Assembly (NCBI GenBank): GCA_964016885.1
Contig: OZ024742.1
Coordinates: forward strand, 151,156,001-151,220,000
From: Eledone cirrhosa
Lineage: Eukaryota
Direction of reading: 5' to 3'
Length of the DNA: 64,000 bases
Position numbers and translations under genes: made by a program. Positions 26,604 to 39,700 of this stretch are shown here, one piece after another (positions within the stretch are counted from its first letter, which is position 1; each line of letters opens with the position of its first letter). The notes below the pieces were generated by a model. It worked only from the letters and a program-made list of their open reading frames with translations. It made no database searches and was not told the DNA's origin.

Positions 26604-28684
26604 CAGGAGAACATGATATGAAGGCTAAAAAAACACTTGTTGATAGTGCAGTTTTAAATCAACATATGAAAAGTGGTTTTAGATTGATGTGTGATATTGG
26701 GAAAAATATTTTATTTAGAGAGGGGGGGAGAGAAAAGGATGAAAAGGGAAGGAGATGAGAGGGAGAGATGGGTGATAGAGAGAAAGAGATAGTTTTTATA
26801 ACAGAGAGGAGATATATTTTATATAGAGGGGTTGAAAACCGTTGGAAGATACTGTATAAATTAAAAATTTTGAAAATTAACGAAGGGAGGATATGTGCGA
26901 GGAAAAAATATATTATATTTAGGGAGGGGTGGGGGTGGAAAGGATGAAAAAAAGGGGAGGAGATGAGAGTGAAGGTGGAAAGGGAGAGATGGGTGATAGA
27001 GAGAAAGAGATAGTTTTTATAACTGAGAAAAAGATATAATGTTTTAATATAGAGAGGTTGGGAACCGTTGGAAGATAATGTATAAATTAAAGGAATTTGA
27101 AAATTAACGAAGGGAAATTATGTATGGAGATAGAGAGAAAAAAATAACGAAGGGAGATTATGTATGGAGATAGAGAGAAAAAAATAATAATTGTGGGTGA
27201 ATATTCTAACGTCAAAAGGAGAAATGTAGGAATTTTAAAATTAGCAAAGAGAAAAAGTTTATGTGTAGGATTTGAGAAAAATAATGTGAAGTTAAAGTTT
27301 TTATATTGAATTCATATGTATTAATAATGAGTTCGTTGATGGGGAGAAAAAAATAATAATAAATTAAGGATGAAATTGAGATTAAAAAGATTTATGATAG
27401 AGAGAAAAAATAATAATGATTGCGGATGAATACTCAAAATGTCAAAAACAAATGTTATTGTTTTACGAGGAGATATAATGAGGGTGATGAGTAAACGGGT
27501 ATTATAGAGTGTATAATGCCCTTTAAAGTAAGGTAGATGGGTATATTTTAAAGAATATATGAGTATATATTAAAAAAAATATATATAATAATAAATTAAG
27601 GATGAAATTGAGATTAAAAAGATTTATGATAGAGGGAAAAAAAAAAAAAAAAAAAAAAATTAAATCTTTTTAATCTCAATTTCATCCTTAATTTATTATT
27701 ATATATATTTTTTTTAATATATACTCATATATTCTTTAAAATATACCCATCTACCTTACTTTAAAGGGCATTATACACTCTATAATACCCGTTTACTCAT
27801 CACCCTCATTATATCTCCTCGTAAAACAATAACATTTGTTTTTGACATTTTGAGTATTCATCCGCAATCATTATTATTTTTTCTCTCTATCATAAATCTT
27901 TTTAATCTCAATTTCATCCTTAATTTATTATTATTTTTTTCTCCCCATCAACGAACTCATTATTAATACATATGAATTCAATATAAAAACTTTAACTTTA
28001 CATTATTTTTCTCAAATCCTACACATAAACTTTTTCTCTTTGCTAATTTTAAAATTCCTACATTTCTCCTTTTGACGTTAGAATATTCACCCACAATTAT
28101 TATTTTTTTCTCTCTATCTCCATACATAATCTCCCTTCGTTATTTTTTTCTCTCTATCTCCATACATAATTTCCCTTCGTTAATTTTCAAATTCCTTTAA
28201 TTTATACATTATCTTCCAACGGTTCCCAACCTCTCTATATTAAAACATTATATCTTTTTCTCAGTTATAAAAACTATCTCTTTCTCTCTATCACCCATCT
28301 CTCCCTTTCCACCTTCACTCTCATCTCCTCCCCTTTTTTTCATCCTTTCCACCCCCACCCCTCCCTAAATATAATATATTTTTTCCTCGCACATATCCTC
28401 CCTTCGTTAATTTTCAAAATTTTTAATTTATACAGTATCTTCCAACGGTTTTCAACCCCTCTATATAAAATATATCTCCTCTCTGTTATAAAAACTATCT
28501 CTTTCTCTCTATCACCCATCTCTCCCTCTCATCTCCTTCCCTTTTCATCCTTTTCTCTCCCCCCCTCTCTAAATAAAATATTTTTCCCAATATCACACAT
28601 CAATCTAAAACCACTTTTCATATGTTGATTTAAAACTGCACTATCAACAAGTGTTTTTTTTAGCCTTCATATCATGTTCTCCTG

Positions 28685-28751
28685 TTTTATCTGATGAAAA
28701 CACAAATATTATTGTTTGATGATGTTTGTTTTTGAAATGCGCATAATAAAA
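28685..28751 (+). ncRNA. Type I hammerhead ribozyme (5' pLTR)
   Basis: ttttat-CTGATGA-aaacacaaatatt...gatgtttgttttt-GAAA-tgcgca-TA-ataaaa; palindromic stem III; about 200 nt upstream of the ATG. Confidence 0.85.
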
Positions 28752-28957
28752 TATATTGAACTCCTTTAACCATCTTTTGATCTTATATTATGCATACTCC
28801 AGTCCCACAAACTGTAGAGTGCTTCTTATCCGATATCTGCATTGCTTTATTGTACTACAATAAAACTCACCTCCTACATTTACTTGCTCCTTAACGGTTG
28901 AGCGCTTACTCTCATATTGGATACCTTTTGATGGTCCTTCACCTCTTCTTCTACAAC

Positions 28958-31360
28958 ATGGATTATTACAACATAACCAATTCTACTAAAGACATTCCTA
29001 TACCTGGTAAATCTGAATTCACCAAACTTCTTATTGAAAAAACTGACTCCTTCGTAAGAAGACTTAGATGGACAGCCTATTTCTATGACCAGCGCCTAAA
29101 AGGGAACTTTCATACCAAAGAACACAACTTCCTCGATCATCTTTTTAATTCCAGACGAAATCCTCCTTCCAACAAAAATCTAGCACAATTCGAGGAAGAA
29201 TTAACTAAAATTATAAAAAATCTTAAATTCAAGAGATACCCTTACAAAGGACAAGAGCACCTTGTAAATCTCAAGAACACAATCTCTAACCTAAATTCCT
29301 CAAAAAATGTTTTAGTCCACTCTGACAAAACCAATAACCTATATGGTATTTCCAAGGATAATTATAACAACCTTATCCTAAAGGAACTTAGGAAAAAGTA
29401 TCGTAAAACCAACCATGAAAATTTAGAATGCATAAACCTTGAAGCCTATGAGATTATGTCAAAACTTGGCATTGAAAAAAAGACCGAACCATTCCTCCCA
29501 AGAACTCCGAGGATAAATCTCAAGGATCACAAAAACAATTTTCGCACTGAACTACCTGTTAGATTAATCGCCCCCTCTAAATCTGATCTGGGGGTTGTTA
29601 GTAAAGCCATCTTGGATAGGATTATCCCACAGGTTAGTTCTAATTGCTCTTCTTTAAACCTAAATTTATGGTTTGGTACTTCTGAAGTGATTGGCTGGTT
29701 CAACAAATTGGATAATAAAAACAAACTAAAATTTATTCAATTCGATATTGCCAGCTACTATTCCTCCATTTCGCCTTCACTTCTCAATAATGCTCTATCT
29801 TTCGCACTTAAATATTCTGACATCACCACAGATGAACTTCACATCATCCTCACCGCACGTAAAACCATCCTAGAGTTCAACAACGAATATTGGACCAGAG
29901 CCGATACCTCTAACAACTTCGACATCACAATGGGAGCATCCGATTCATCCCAATTGACTGATTTAATTGGTATCTTCATTTTGAACTCTTTGAGTCGGAA
30001 AATTCCTCAACTTCGCGGTGGAATTTATCGTGACGATGGACTCTTTACTATCCTAAATTGCAATATAGTTAAACTTAATATTATTAAGAACAATATACGT
30101 AATCTCTTTAACCAACATAACCTAAAAATTGAATTTGATAATAGTACCAAACTAGCTAATTTCTTGGATGTATCTCTTAACCTTGACACTGGCCTATATT
30201 ACCCTTACCATAAAAACAATGAGAATCTTAATTATGTTAACTTTAAATCTAACCATCCTACCAATATCAAGAATGCTATAGTTAATAATATTGGAAATAG
30301 AATATCTAACATATCTTCTAATAAAAACATCTTTGATGCTAACGCCAATTACTATAATAACGCACTTTCTAAAGCCGGCTATCCAGATAAAATCAAATAT
30401 AATAAAGAAACAAATTCTAGGAAAACTTACAGTAGAATATTTAATCATAACCATTCCAATAATTTTAATAAAAGACCTAGATACAAAAACATAATCTGGT
30501 ATAATGCTCCTTTCTCCATCTCTATTAATAACAATATTCCTAAATTATTTTTTAGTGCCTTAAATAAATGCTTCCCTCCCTCACATATCTATAGTAAAAT
30601 ATTTAACAAACACACCATCAAATTTTCGTATTCTACATCCTCCAATATTTCCAACATCATTTCTAAACACAACAACAAAATATTAAATACTAAATCTCTT
30701 CCTTCCAATATTGAATCTCATAATAACAATAATAGTACTCCTGACGTCATTGTAAACCCTAGGCTAACTTCTGTAAACCCAAATGCAACGTCAAACACAA
30801 CTTCGCTAAATGTTCATAATCCAACTCTAAATCAAGAAACTATTATTCCTATTATTCCTATCGCAAACAACTTCTCCAATCCAATTCCTTCTATAGATAA
30901 CACTAGATCACTCATTAATAATCTCTCTAATTGCAACTGCCGCATTAAAAATAAATGTCCTCTCAACAACCACTGCCTCGATAAAAACTTAATTTATGAA
31001 TGTAAAATTATAACTAGCACCAATTCCTTCACCTATTTTGGCTCCACTTCCACCTCTTTTAAAGCTCGTCTCTATAATCATCATTCATCTTTCAAATACA
31101 AACTTAAAAGAACTAACACTGCTCTCTCAGAACTCATATGGTCCTTAAAAGACAAAAACATTAAATATAACATCTTTTGGAAAAAGATTTCTTCTGCATC
31201 CTCGTACTTGAACAGTTCTCTATCTAAAATCTGTAATCTCTGCCTAAATGAAAAATTTACCATTATCTCTAACCTAGAATCCATAATAAATAGACGCTCG
31301 GATTTGTTTTCCATCTGCCTGCATAAATTCCATAGAACTTTTCACAAAGTATACAGTTAA
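28958..31360 (+). CDS. PLE RT + GIY-YIG endonuclease (800 aa from ATG 28958, intact)
   Basis: MDYYNITNSTKDIP..RRLRW, SDKT, FDIASYYSSI, YRDD, CNCRIKNKCPLNNHC, LIY..YFG, CNLCLNEK, CLH. The ATG at 28958 was chosen by alignment with elements 1 and 3. Confidence 0.93.
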   Translation: MDYYNITNSTKDIPIPGKSEFTKLLIEKTDSFVRRLRWTAYFYDQRLKGNFHTKEHNFLDHLFNSRRNPPSNKNLAQFEEELTKIIKNLKFKRYPYKGQEHLVNLKNTISNLNSSKNVLVHSDKTNNLYGISKDNYNNLILKELRKKYRKTNHENLECINLEAYEIMSKLGIEKKTEPFLPRTPRINLKDHKNNFRTELPVRLIAPSKSDLGVVSKAILDRIIPQVSSNCSSLNLNLWFGTSEVIGWFNKLDNKNKLKFIQFDIASYYSSISPSLLNNALSFALKYSDITTDELHIILTARKTILEFNNEYWTRADTSNNFDITMGASDSSQLTDLIGIFILNSLSRKIPQLRGGIYRDDGLFTILNCNIVKLNIIKNNIRNLFNQHNLKIEFDNSTKLANFLDVSLNLDTGLYYPYHKNNENLNYVNFKSNHPTNIKNAIVNNIGNRISNISSNKNIFDANANYYNNALSKAGYPDKIKYNKETNSRKTYSRIFNHNHSNNFNKRPRYKNIIWYNAPFSISINNNIPKLFFSALNKCFPPSHIYSKIFNKHTIKFSYSTSSNISNIISKHNNKILNTKSLPSNIESHNNNNSTPDVIVNPRLTSVNPNATSNTTSLNVHNPTLNQETIIPIIPIANNFSNPIPSIDNTRSLINNLSNCNCRIKNKCPLNNHCLDKNLIYECKIITSTNSFTYFGSTSTSFKARLYNHHSSFKYKLKRTNTALSELIWSLKDKNIKYNIFWKKISSASSYLNSSLSKICNLCLNEKFTIISNLESIINRRSDLFSICLHKFHRTFHKVYS

Positions 31361-32611
31361 TATTCAATTCTTTATCAATTTAGAATCTTTTCTCAAAGGC
31401 ACATATACATACACCTCTTTAAAATATACCCATCTACCTTACTTTAAAGGGCATTATACACTCTATAATACTCGTTTACTCTTTTCCCTCATCCTATCTT
31501 CTCGTAAAACAATAACATTTGTTTTTGACATTTTGAATATTCATCCGCAATCATTATTATTTTTTTTTTTTTTTTTTCCCTCTATCATAAATCTTTTTAA
31601 TCTCAATTTCATCCTTAATTTATTATTATATATATTTTTTTTAATATATACTCATATATTCTTTAAAATATACCCATCTACCTTACTTTAAAGGGCATTA
31701 TACACTCTATAATACCCGTTTACTCATCACCCTCATTATATCTCCTCGTAAAACAATAACATTTGTTTTTGACATTTTGAGTATTCATCCGCAATCATTA
31801 TTATTTTTTCTCTCTATCATAAATCTTTTTAATCTCAATTTCATCCTTAATTTATTATTATTTTTTTCTCCCCATCAACGAACTCATTATTAATACATAT
31901 GAATTCAATATAAAAACTTTAACTTCACATTATTTTTCTCAAATCCTACACATAAACTTTTTCTCTTTGCTAATTTTAAAATTCCTACATTTCTCCTTTT
32001 GACGTTAGAATATTCACCCACAATTATTATTTTTTTCTCTCTATCTCCATACATAATCTCCCTTCGTTATTTTTTTCTCTCTATCTCCATACATAATTTC
32101 CCTTCGTTAATTTTCAAATTCCTTTAATTTATACATTATCTTCCAACGGTTCCCAACCTCTCTATATTAAAACATTATATCTTTTTCTCAGTTATAAAAA
32201 CTATCTCTTTCTCTCTATCACCCATCTCTCCCTTTCCACCTTCACTCTCATCTCCTCCCCTTTTTTTCATCCTTTCCACCCCCACCCCTCCCTAAATATA
32301 ATATATTTTTTCCTCGCACATATCCTCCCTTCGTTAATTTTCAAAATTTTTAATTTATACAGTATCTTCCAACGGTTTTCAACCCCTCTATATAAAATAT
32401 ATCTCCTCTCTGTTATAAAAACTATCTCTTTCTCTCTATCACCCATCTCTCCCTCTCATCTCCTTCCCTTTTCATCCTTTTCTCTCCCCCCCTCTCTAAA
32501 TAAAATATTTTTCCCAATATCACACATCAATCTAAAACCACTTTTCATATGTTGATTTAAAACTGCACTATCAACAAGTGTTTTTTTTAGCCTTCATATC
32601 ATGTTCTCCTG

Positions 32612-32678
32612 TTTTATCTGATGAAAACACAAATATTATTGTTTGATGATGTTTGTTTTTGAAATGCGCATAATAAAA
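32612..32678 (+). ncRNA. Type I hammerhead ribozyme (3' pLTR)
   Basis: Identical to 28685-28751. Confidence 0.85.
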
Positions 32679-32801
32679 TATATTGAACTCCTTTAACCAT
32701 CTTTTGATCTTATATTATGCATACTCCAGTCCCACAAACTGTAGAGTGCTTCTTATCCGATATCTGCATTGCTTTATTGTACTACAATAAAACTCACCTC
32801 C

Positions 32802-32860
<59 letters not shown>

Positions 32861-32865
32861 TTTTT

Positions 32866-33165
32866 AAAGAGTTAAACAAGATTCAATGAGTACATGAAAG
32901 AATGAGTTTTACAGTAGATTGAAAGCACTCTACAGTAAGATATTTTCCAGAGTTATTAATATTAAATTCATATATTAATAAAATAGATGTTCTTGACTAC
33001 CTTGATTAAATCTAAACCATTTAACATGTCAAGGTATGTCATTGTATCATTTTATTTTATCTGATGAGGACGTACTATTGAACTTGATTCAAGAACCTCT
33101 GAAATATGTATAATAAAATTTAATTGATCACAAGAACATCTATTTTATTAATATTTGAATTTTAT
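32866..33165 (+). mobile_element. Miniature PLE-derived insertion: inverted pLTR tail plus HHR
   Basis: About 32965-32997 is the reverse complement of about 33130-33162; HHR at 33054-33119. Confidence 0.65.
33054..33119 (+). ncRNA. Type I hammerhead ribozyme
   Basis: attttat-CTGATGA-ggacg...cctct-GAAA-tatgta-TA-ataaaat. Confidence 0.75.
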
Positions 33166-33830
33166 ATATACATATATACATGTATATATAAATATATAGA
33201 GTATTTACGTATCGAGAGAGAGAAAAAAAAGGAGGGATAGGTGATACATGTAGTTATTTGCCAAATAGCGTATGCCGAAGGTGCTCAATACTAGTGCTGG
33301 CAGTATTAAACATTAGAAGTGTTAATATTTAGTGGGCGAGAGAGTTAGCAGAGCGCAAGCACGTGGAAAAGTAAGAAATCGGAGAACAGACCGTTAATAC
33401 ATGTTTATTTAAAACAGCACCTACGTAAGTTTCGCCTGGATGGGCTTCTCAAGGGCATAAATAACTAAAAGTGTTCCTTATATGGCCCGGAAAGTGTTTT
33501 TGGGGGTAACTTCACGTCAGAGTTCATTCTTCGCAAAAAAGCGTGTTTTGATTTTGAAGTAGGTCAAGGGAGGTAACTCTGGCCGGTGTTAGGGCAGTCT
33601 TTCCCGGACAAATGTTTTTATCCGTTACAAGATGTGGTTACAACCTTACCATCGCCGATAAGCACAGGGTCAGGTAAGCAACGCTTATTTTGAGACGTTT
33701 GTTAATTGCACCTGCCCGCCTGGGTCATTCGAAGCTGGGTCTGGGATGCATGGTTAGTTTCCAGATGTTTTTTGCAGTGTCTGCCCGCCGGGGTTTTAAA
33801 GCTTGTTGCAGGGAGACACGGTATATGGTT

Positions 33831-36475
33831 TCACTCCTCATCCTTATCCCATCTGAAGAAGGATATTTTTAAGCGATGTGTAAGGCTTATCGTCGTTTCA
33901 GCTCTGCTGTTGATGAGCTCGTGGGGTGCAGTTATGATGTGGTAGAGCTCCATGAAGCAAAGATCGCACTTCCTCTTGAAGTTGTACGGTGCAGCCCTGC
34001 CGACAATATCCCAGTGCGTGGAGAAGCTGATGTTTAAGTCTTTTAATGATGTGATGTAGTCCGCGAGCGAAGTGGAGTGTCTTAATTTCTTATTTGTGAA
34101 ATAGTGGAGATGTGTTCGAAATCTAATTTTGAACGGGCCAGAGGTAGCCCCTATATAATGTTTAACGCTATTGTATCTAGTTACAGTGCACCTATATATA
34201 ACCCTATCAGTCAAGCAGTATCCTCTAAGGGGGCAGCGTCCCCTGTCGCGGCAGTTGCAATTTCTGTCGCGGTCCCTTCTAATTCCCACGGTAAGGCTAT
34301 CATTATTGCTATGTGGATTGGCAGTATCGGTAGAGGGTCGGACGCCATGCTTTCCAGCATAGTTACGTCCCTTTACGATCTGAGTTCAAATCCCGCCGAG
34401 GTTGACTTTGCCTTTCATCCTTACGGGGTCGATAAAATAAAGTACCAGTAATGAACTGGGTATTTGCTGGCCTTGTGCCTAAAGTAGAAACAATTATTGC
34501 TATCTACACTGTTATCTACGCTCCCGCACCTGTCGTTAGCACCATTATAACCCACTGTGCGCGGGGGTGGGGGGGGGGGTACGATTATTATTCCGCACGT
34601 CATGTCCTGCATGTTCCCCAGTCATGTCGCGGTTATGCTGGTTGCGTCTGTAGAGGCTGTTGCCAGCACTATTGGATGCTGCTAGGGAGTCGTTAATGCC
34701 GATATAGTTATTGTCAGGTGTAGGTGCATCTGTGCTAAGGTGGTGTGTCTTGGTGATCTTACTGTGGTTAGTTGTTCCTATGATGTCTGCTAGGTTAGGA
34801 GTAGTAGAGGATATGTTTATATTGTTCCTATTAAGGATTGTTCTATACCTATGGTTGGGTGGGAAGTTCTTGGCGATTACGTGTTCTTGTAAGTTTGCTA
34901 CGGGTGGTTCCATCAAGGTGACCGTTCTTATGCATGTTAATGCGCTGTAGCCCGTTACGTGCCCCTTTCACTTTATGCTCGGGTGCACTCTTCTTCCTTC
35001 TTGTATGTGTATGTACAGGAAGATGTTGGTTGTAAGGCGTTGGTAGTAGGTCGTCGCCTTTGTTGATTTTATAGTAGGTGAATAATTCGAGTAGGCTACA
35101 GTGGTCACTGTCACCGTGGTCGTGATCTTTATTGTGTGGTAAGTTACCTATACCATCGCCAGTGTTATTAACGTTGCGGTTGTGTTCCTTAGTGCGATTA
35201 TCTATACTATTATATCCGACACCTACGAAGTCGCCGTATGATCGGTTATAGGTATGGCTTACTATAACGTTCGTCTTATGAGGGGGGTGTTTTCTAGAGC
35301 TAGCGTTAGGGGTGTAGGAAATTTCTCGGTTAAATCCAGCGCTTATCAAGGCCCTATTGTAGTAATCTGCCGCTTGGTTGAAGATATCCTCATTGGCGGA
35401 GAGCCTCGAGATTCTGTGTCAGATGCTATAGACTATGGAGTTGAGTCTGCTTAGGGTGGTTGGAGGCATAATTAATATAAGAAAGGCTCTCTCCAGGCTT
35501 ATGGTATGGCTTGTATAGGCCCGTACTCAAATCCAGGGTCACGTCCAGGAAGTTGACAACCTGGTGGTTGAGGTCTATAGTTATGGATAGGCCGTATGAC
35601 TTGAAGAACCTGTGTATATGCTTGTTAAGGTTCTCTATCCTACGAGGGCTATGGTTCCTAACGGTAAACAGGGCGTCGTCCCTAAATACACCTCCTTGTA
35701 GGGCCGGTTTCTCGTCCCTAAGCTTATGGAGGAGGTATATTCCGATCAGGTCAGTTGCTTGCGCTGAGTCGCTGGACCCAATCGTGATATCGAAGTTATC
35801 AGGACTGTTGGTTCTGGTCCAGTGGGAGCCTTCGAACTGGATAATGGCTCTACGCGCCGCTAGAACTATGTCTATTTCTTTTTTAGTGAGGCTAGTGTTA
35901 GATTTAGCTAATATGAGTGCCTTATTTAAGAGTATGGGGGAGATAGAGGCGTAGTAACTATCTATGTCAAACTGGATGAACTTCAGGGTCGCTTTATCAG
36001 GCAACTCGGTGAACCAATTTATGACCTGGTTGGTGTTGCCCCAGAGGCAGACCTTATCCTTTCCATTAAGCTCCAGTAGTACTCTATCGAGGATCACTTT
36101 ACTAATCTTACCTATATCAGATGTAGAAGGACATATTAGTCTAATAGAGGGGCTTTCATTAAAGTTACATTTGTGATCCTTAAGAGGGAATCTAGGCGTC
36201 AGAGGGGCGTACGGGTTTGTGTACTTTTCTATTTCTAAGCTGGTAACTATATCCTTCCCTACTCTATTTATGTCATTTAGGGTACTAATGGGTGTCTTTT
36301 TGTAGTCTTTGTGTAGCTCCTTATACTTGCTCGCGTCCACCTTGTACAGATTCTTGGTTTTGTCGGAGGTGACGAAGAGGTGCGGGTCGTTCTTGATCTT
36401 AGTGATGAGTGTATCAAGGGACGTTAAGAATAGATTGCGGCATCGGTGTTTCTTTTTGAACTTAACGTTTCTGAT
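33831..36475 (-). pseudogene. Decayed Naiad-type PLE (element 5), 5'-truncated, frameshifted, interrupted by a SINE
   Basis: SDKT, PSIRLICPS, FDIDSYYASI, FRDD (35426-36470); KNFPPNHRY (34545-34916); CNCRDRGRCPLRGYC, VIY..YIG and KCDLC (33831-34289). Confidence 0.87.
34313..34495 (+). mobile_element. tRNA-derived SINE with an 11-bp target-site duplication
   Basis: A box tggcagtatcgg, B box gttcaaatcc, core gcctttcatccttacggggtcgataaaataaagtaccag; attattgctat duplicated at 34302-34312 and 34493-34503. Confidence 0.88.
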
Positions 36476-36550
36476 ATAAATATATATATATATAATTAGA
36501 AAGTAGACAACACAAAATTTTACTCCATTACCAAAGGTTTCTGGATCCCT

Positions 36551-36658
<108 letters not shown>

Positions 36659-36682
36659 CGGACGCTTTAAGCATCCCACACC

Positions 36683-36734
<52 letters not shown>

Positions 36735-36736
<2 letters not shown>

Positions 36737-36804
36737 GCTCTGGTACTTACATAGAGCACTCTTCACTTCTATGACCTTTTCTGTTTTCAACGGAAATTTC
36801 AATA

Positions 36805-36806
<2 letters not shown>
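36735..36806 (+). mobile_element. Isolated 3'-terminal pLTR fragment related to element 1
   Basis: tgctctggtacttacatagagcactcttcacttctatgaccttttctg...aaatttcaatac matches the reverse complement of 1193-1262; (TA)n on both sides. Confidence 0.75.
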
Positions 36807-36870
<64 letters not shown>

Positions 36871-36873
<3 letters not shown>

Positions 36874-37330
36874 CGTTTCTGAATTTGTTTAGCAAGATTC
36901 TTTATCTGAAAACGTGTGTTGAAACCGATATTGTTATACTTTGAGAGGGTCATGTTGCCAATAAGAAACACACGCACCAGTTGCTTTCACTTCAATTTAT
37001 TATAAATTAAATTATAAATTTAAAAATTTAAAAATTTATAAATTTCCGGTTGGATGCTTTTACAGAGCAGAGTATAATATCGCATAAGAAACGGAGAACC
37101 AGTGGTGCGACGAATAACATTTATTAGACATATTACAATTGTTTCTCTGGCAACCTGCTCGAGGCATGATTAATGCAATGATCGAACCTCACTCTGAAAT
37201 CGTAAGTTCCTCAGATACGTCTCGATTCTTCGAAGCAGAATTTCCAAACTTGGACCAATTACATCAATTATAAAGTCAAGAGTACTCAAACTATACGGCC
37301 ATATAAAAAAGATCTACTCGTGGAATGAGT
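36871..37330 (-). mobile_element. PLE pLTR fragment with an HHR; terminus shared with 22750-22873
   Basis: 36927-37053 matches the reverse complement of 22750-22873; HHR at 37126-37222. Confidence 0.65.
37126..37222 (-). ncRNA. Type I hammerhead ribozyme with long stem II
   Basis: Minus strand reads agacgtat-CTGAGGA-...-GAAA-caattg-TA-atatgtct. Confidence 0.7.
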
Positions 37331-37930
37331 AGGTTATGCCTGGAAGGAAGGTTGACTGGTAAGATAAGCCGGCTGAGGCCGGCAGCCAAAACGACGGCTT
37401 GATAATGTCAACTTATGGACTGGACTTGTTCTTTGCTCTTTGAACTCTGCTGTTGGTGATCGAACTTTGGAGAAAAATATCTCATGTTGATGCGCAGTCT
37501 GTCTGAATCTGGTGGAGTTTAGCGTCACAAGAATGCCTTGCAATATATAATAAGGACACTGCCACCCGTAATGCAGAGGACCTAAAAAACTCAAGATACC
37601 GAGATTTGACTGACCACCTCCTTTTCGTGCCGTGCCGTGCCGTCGAGACCTCTGTTGTCGTCGGACCCCGAACAGTCGTTCTTCCTCCACAAAATAGTGA
37701 GGAATGTACCTCGCCCGAGGAAGGTGGAGAGGCTGATGCAGAAGGTGACGCTGGCTGTTCTCCGAATCAATGTCTTCGCCATTGTGTCTGCATGGTGTAG
37801 CTGAGATATATCGCTCAGGCTGGGTTTGCCCTTTCCTCTTCTTTCTTGCTTTTATATAGCAAACAATATATAGTTTAAATGAAACTTGTTGAAGAATATT
37901 TTTGTTTCAAAAAAATACCAGCTTAATCTA

Positions 37931-38152
37931 TTAACCCTTTAGCATTTAAACCGGCCATATCCGGCCATAATCTTTTTTACCCCTTTCTGTGCAAATCGGC
38001 CATAAGCGACTGCTCATATTTATGTTAAAGTATTGTTCTCAAAATAAATAACATCAAAATCTCATGGATTCGATATTATGTGAGATAATTATGTGATATA
38101 CAATAGCAAATACAGTAATGTAAATAGAGTAATGTAAATTCTAAAGGGTTAA
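37931..38152. mobile_element. piggyBac-type MITE
   Basis: TTAA-CCCTTTAGCATTTA ... TAAATTCTAAAGGG-TTAA: TTAA target duplication and CCC/GGG termini. Confidence 0.8.
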
Positions 38153-38167
38153 ACTGATGAAAGAGAT

Positions 38168-38349
38168 AATTGTTTCTACTTTTGGCACAAGACCAGCAAT
38201 TATCTCAGTGCATTACTGGTACTTTATTTTATCGACCCCGTAAGGATGAAAGGCAAAGTTAATCTTGGCGGGATTTGAACTCAGATCATAAAGGGCCGTA
38301 ACTCTATGCTACAAAGCATGGTGTCCGACCCTCTACCGGTACTGCCAAT
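38168..38349 (-). mobile_element. tRNA-derived SINE
   Basis: Reverse complement of the 34313 SINE consensus. Confidence 0.87.
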
Positions 38350-38519
38350 TTTTAATTGAAAAATTCGAAATTATTACACAATATAAGATAACCACACAGA
38401 GTATTGTGTGATAAAAAGGTAAATGCACATATGACATATTAGTATTAGTGAACCATGAAATTACATAGACATTTCAGCTAAATAAGCACCATGAAGTTTA
38501 CAATATAACAGTGATTCAT

Positions 38520-39700
38520 AACAAAATGTTCTAGTTAATGATGTCTGGACGTGGCAAAGTTCATATTCTCAAGAATGTAACAAAAATTGACGTGCAATAC
38601 TGGTCTTCCATTCTTCCAAATCCCTGGTGGGAATCCGTCAAATCTAGCATCCTTTCCACTTTTCGGCTGCCTTATTGCATCAACAGTCTCTTCTAGGGTT
38701 GGAATCCTATTCAGTTCTGTTTTCATTGGCTGTCGTGGATTGTAATGAATTCCAGAGCCATGGACTATGCGAGAGGAAGGAGGGCGATGAGGAGAAACTT
38801 AAAATGCTCTGACCACCATTTCCGGACAAACACCTAGTCTATGAAGAGCTCTTGTTGTTTCACCCTGCGCTAGAAACTCAGGGCTTGGTGCGATGGACCA
38901 TGCATTGCTTTCGTTGCCTTTTAAAACACTCAGCAGCAACGGATATCTGCATAAAACTGAGTTTTCTTTGAAATATTAGTCCACCACATTTTCTGCAGCT
39001 TTCGAAACTTGTCCTGGAGTTTATTACATACAAGACGGAAGGGTGCTTTCTTAACAGAGCAAGACGGATTTCAAAGATGCATCTGGTGAATAGGCAACAG
39101 GCATTGGATACACTGGATAATTTCCTAAAATCAGTCCTTGTTCTTTGCAGAAAATTCTTTGCAGAAAATACTGCATTATGGTGGTTTTTAGATATCGTCA
39201 AAGCACTTCTAAAGAGAGATCTGTGAGAAAACCGGAATCTTCAAAGCTTTGGCCTAAGTTTCGTCTGGAAGTCAGTTTTCCCTCCAGGAGACAGGAGGTT
39301 GCCAACTTGAAGTGTCTTCTTTGAGAGTCTCCTTTCTTTGGCTTAGGTTTGTGAAAGTGACTGAGTTTGCAAGTTTGCAGCAGACACGACAACGGTCCGT
39401 ATACCACTCTATCCTGGGCATTATTTGAATTAGTATGAAGCCCAGTGGGTTTCTTTGGTGCACCAAAATGTAGTCTATGAGATGGTAATGTTCGGACTTA
39501 TGTTGCATCAAGGTTGTCTTCAGGCTGTCTTTGCTGGAAATTAATGTTTGTAATGGTGAGTTGCTGTTCCGCACAAAACTTTAACAAATTGTTGTTGCAT
39601 ATTAGAACACCATGTTTACCAAATAATCCTTTCCGGGCTTCTGAATCCTGACATTGAAGTCACGAAAGATGATAGCTTTGTCATTAGGGAAGCCCATTAC
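38520..39700 (-). pseudogene. Decayed RTE-type LINE (endonuclease end to RT start)
   Basis: HYHLIDYILV, TDRCRV and PTLEETVDAIRQPKSGKDARFDGFPPGIWK in shifting frames. Confidence 0.72.

Larger units (their letters stand above)
26497..32806 (+). mobile_element. Full-length Naiad-type PLE (element 4): inverted pLTR, pLTR, ORF, pLTR
   Basis: 27661-28879 matches 31588-32806 (direct, 1219 bp); 26497-27659 is the reverse complement of about 31558-32718; intact ORF; (TA)n at both ends. Confidence 0.95.

Noticed and set aside
37334-37800. GC-richer ORFs as a possible host exon
   Set aside because: No recognisable domain and stops in all plausible frames; more likely old transposon sequence.
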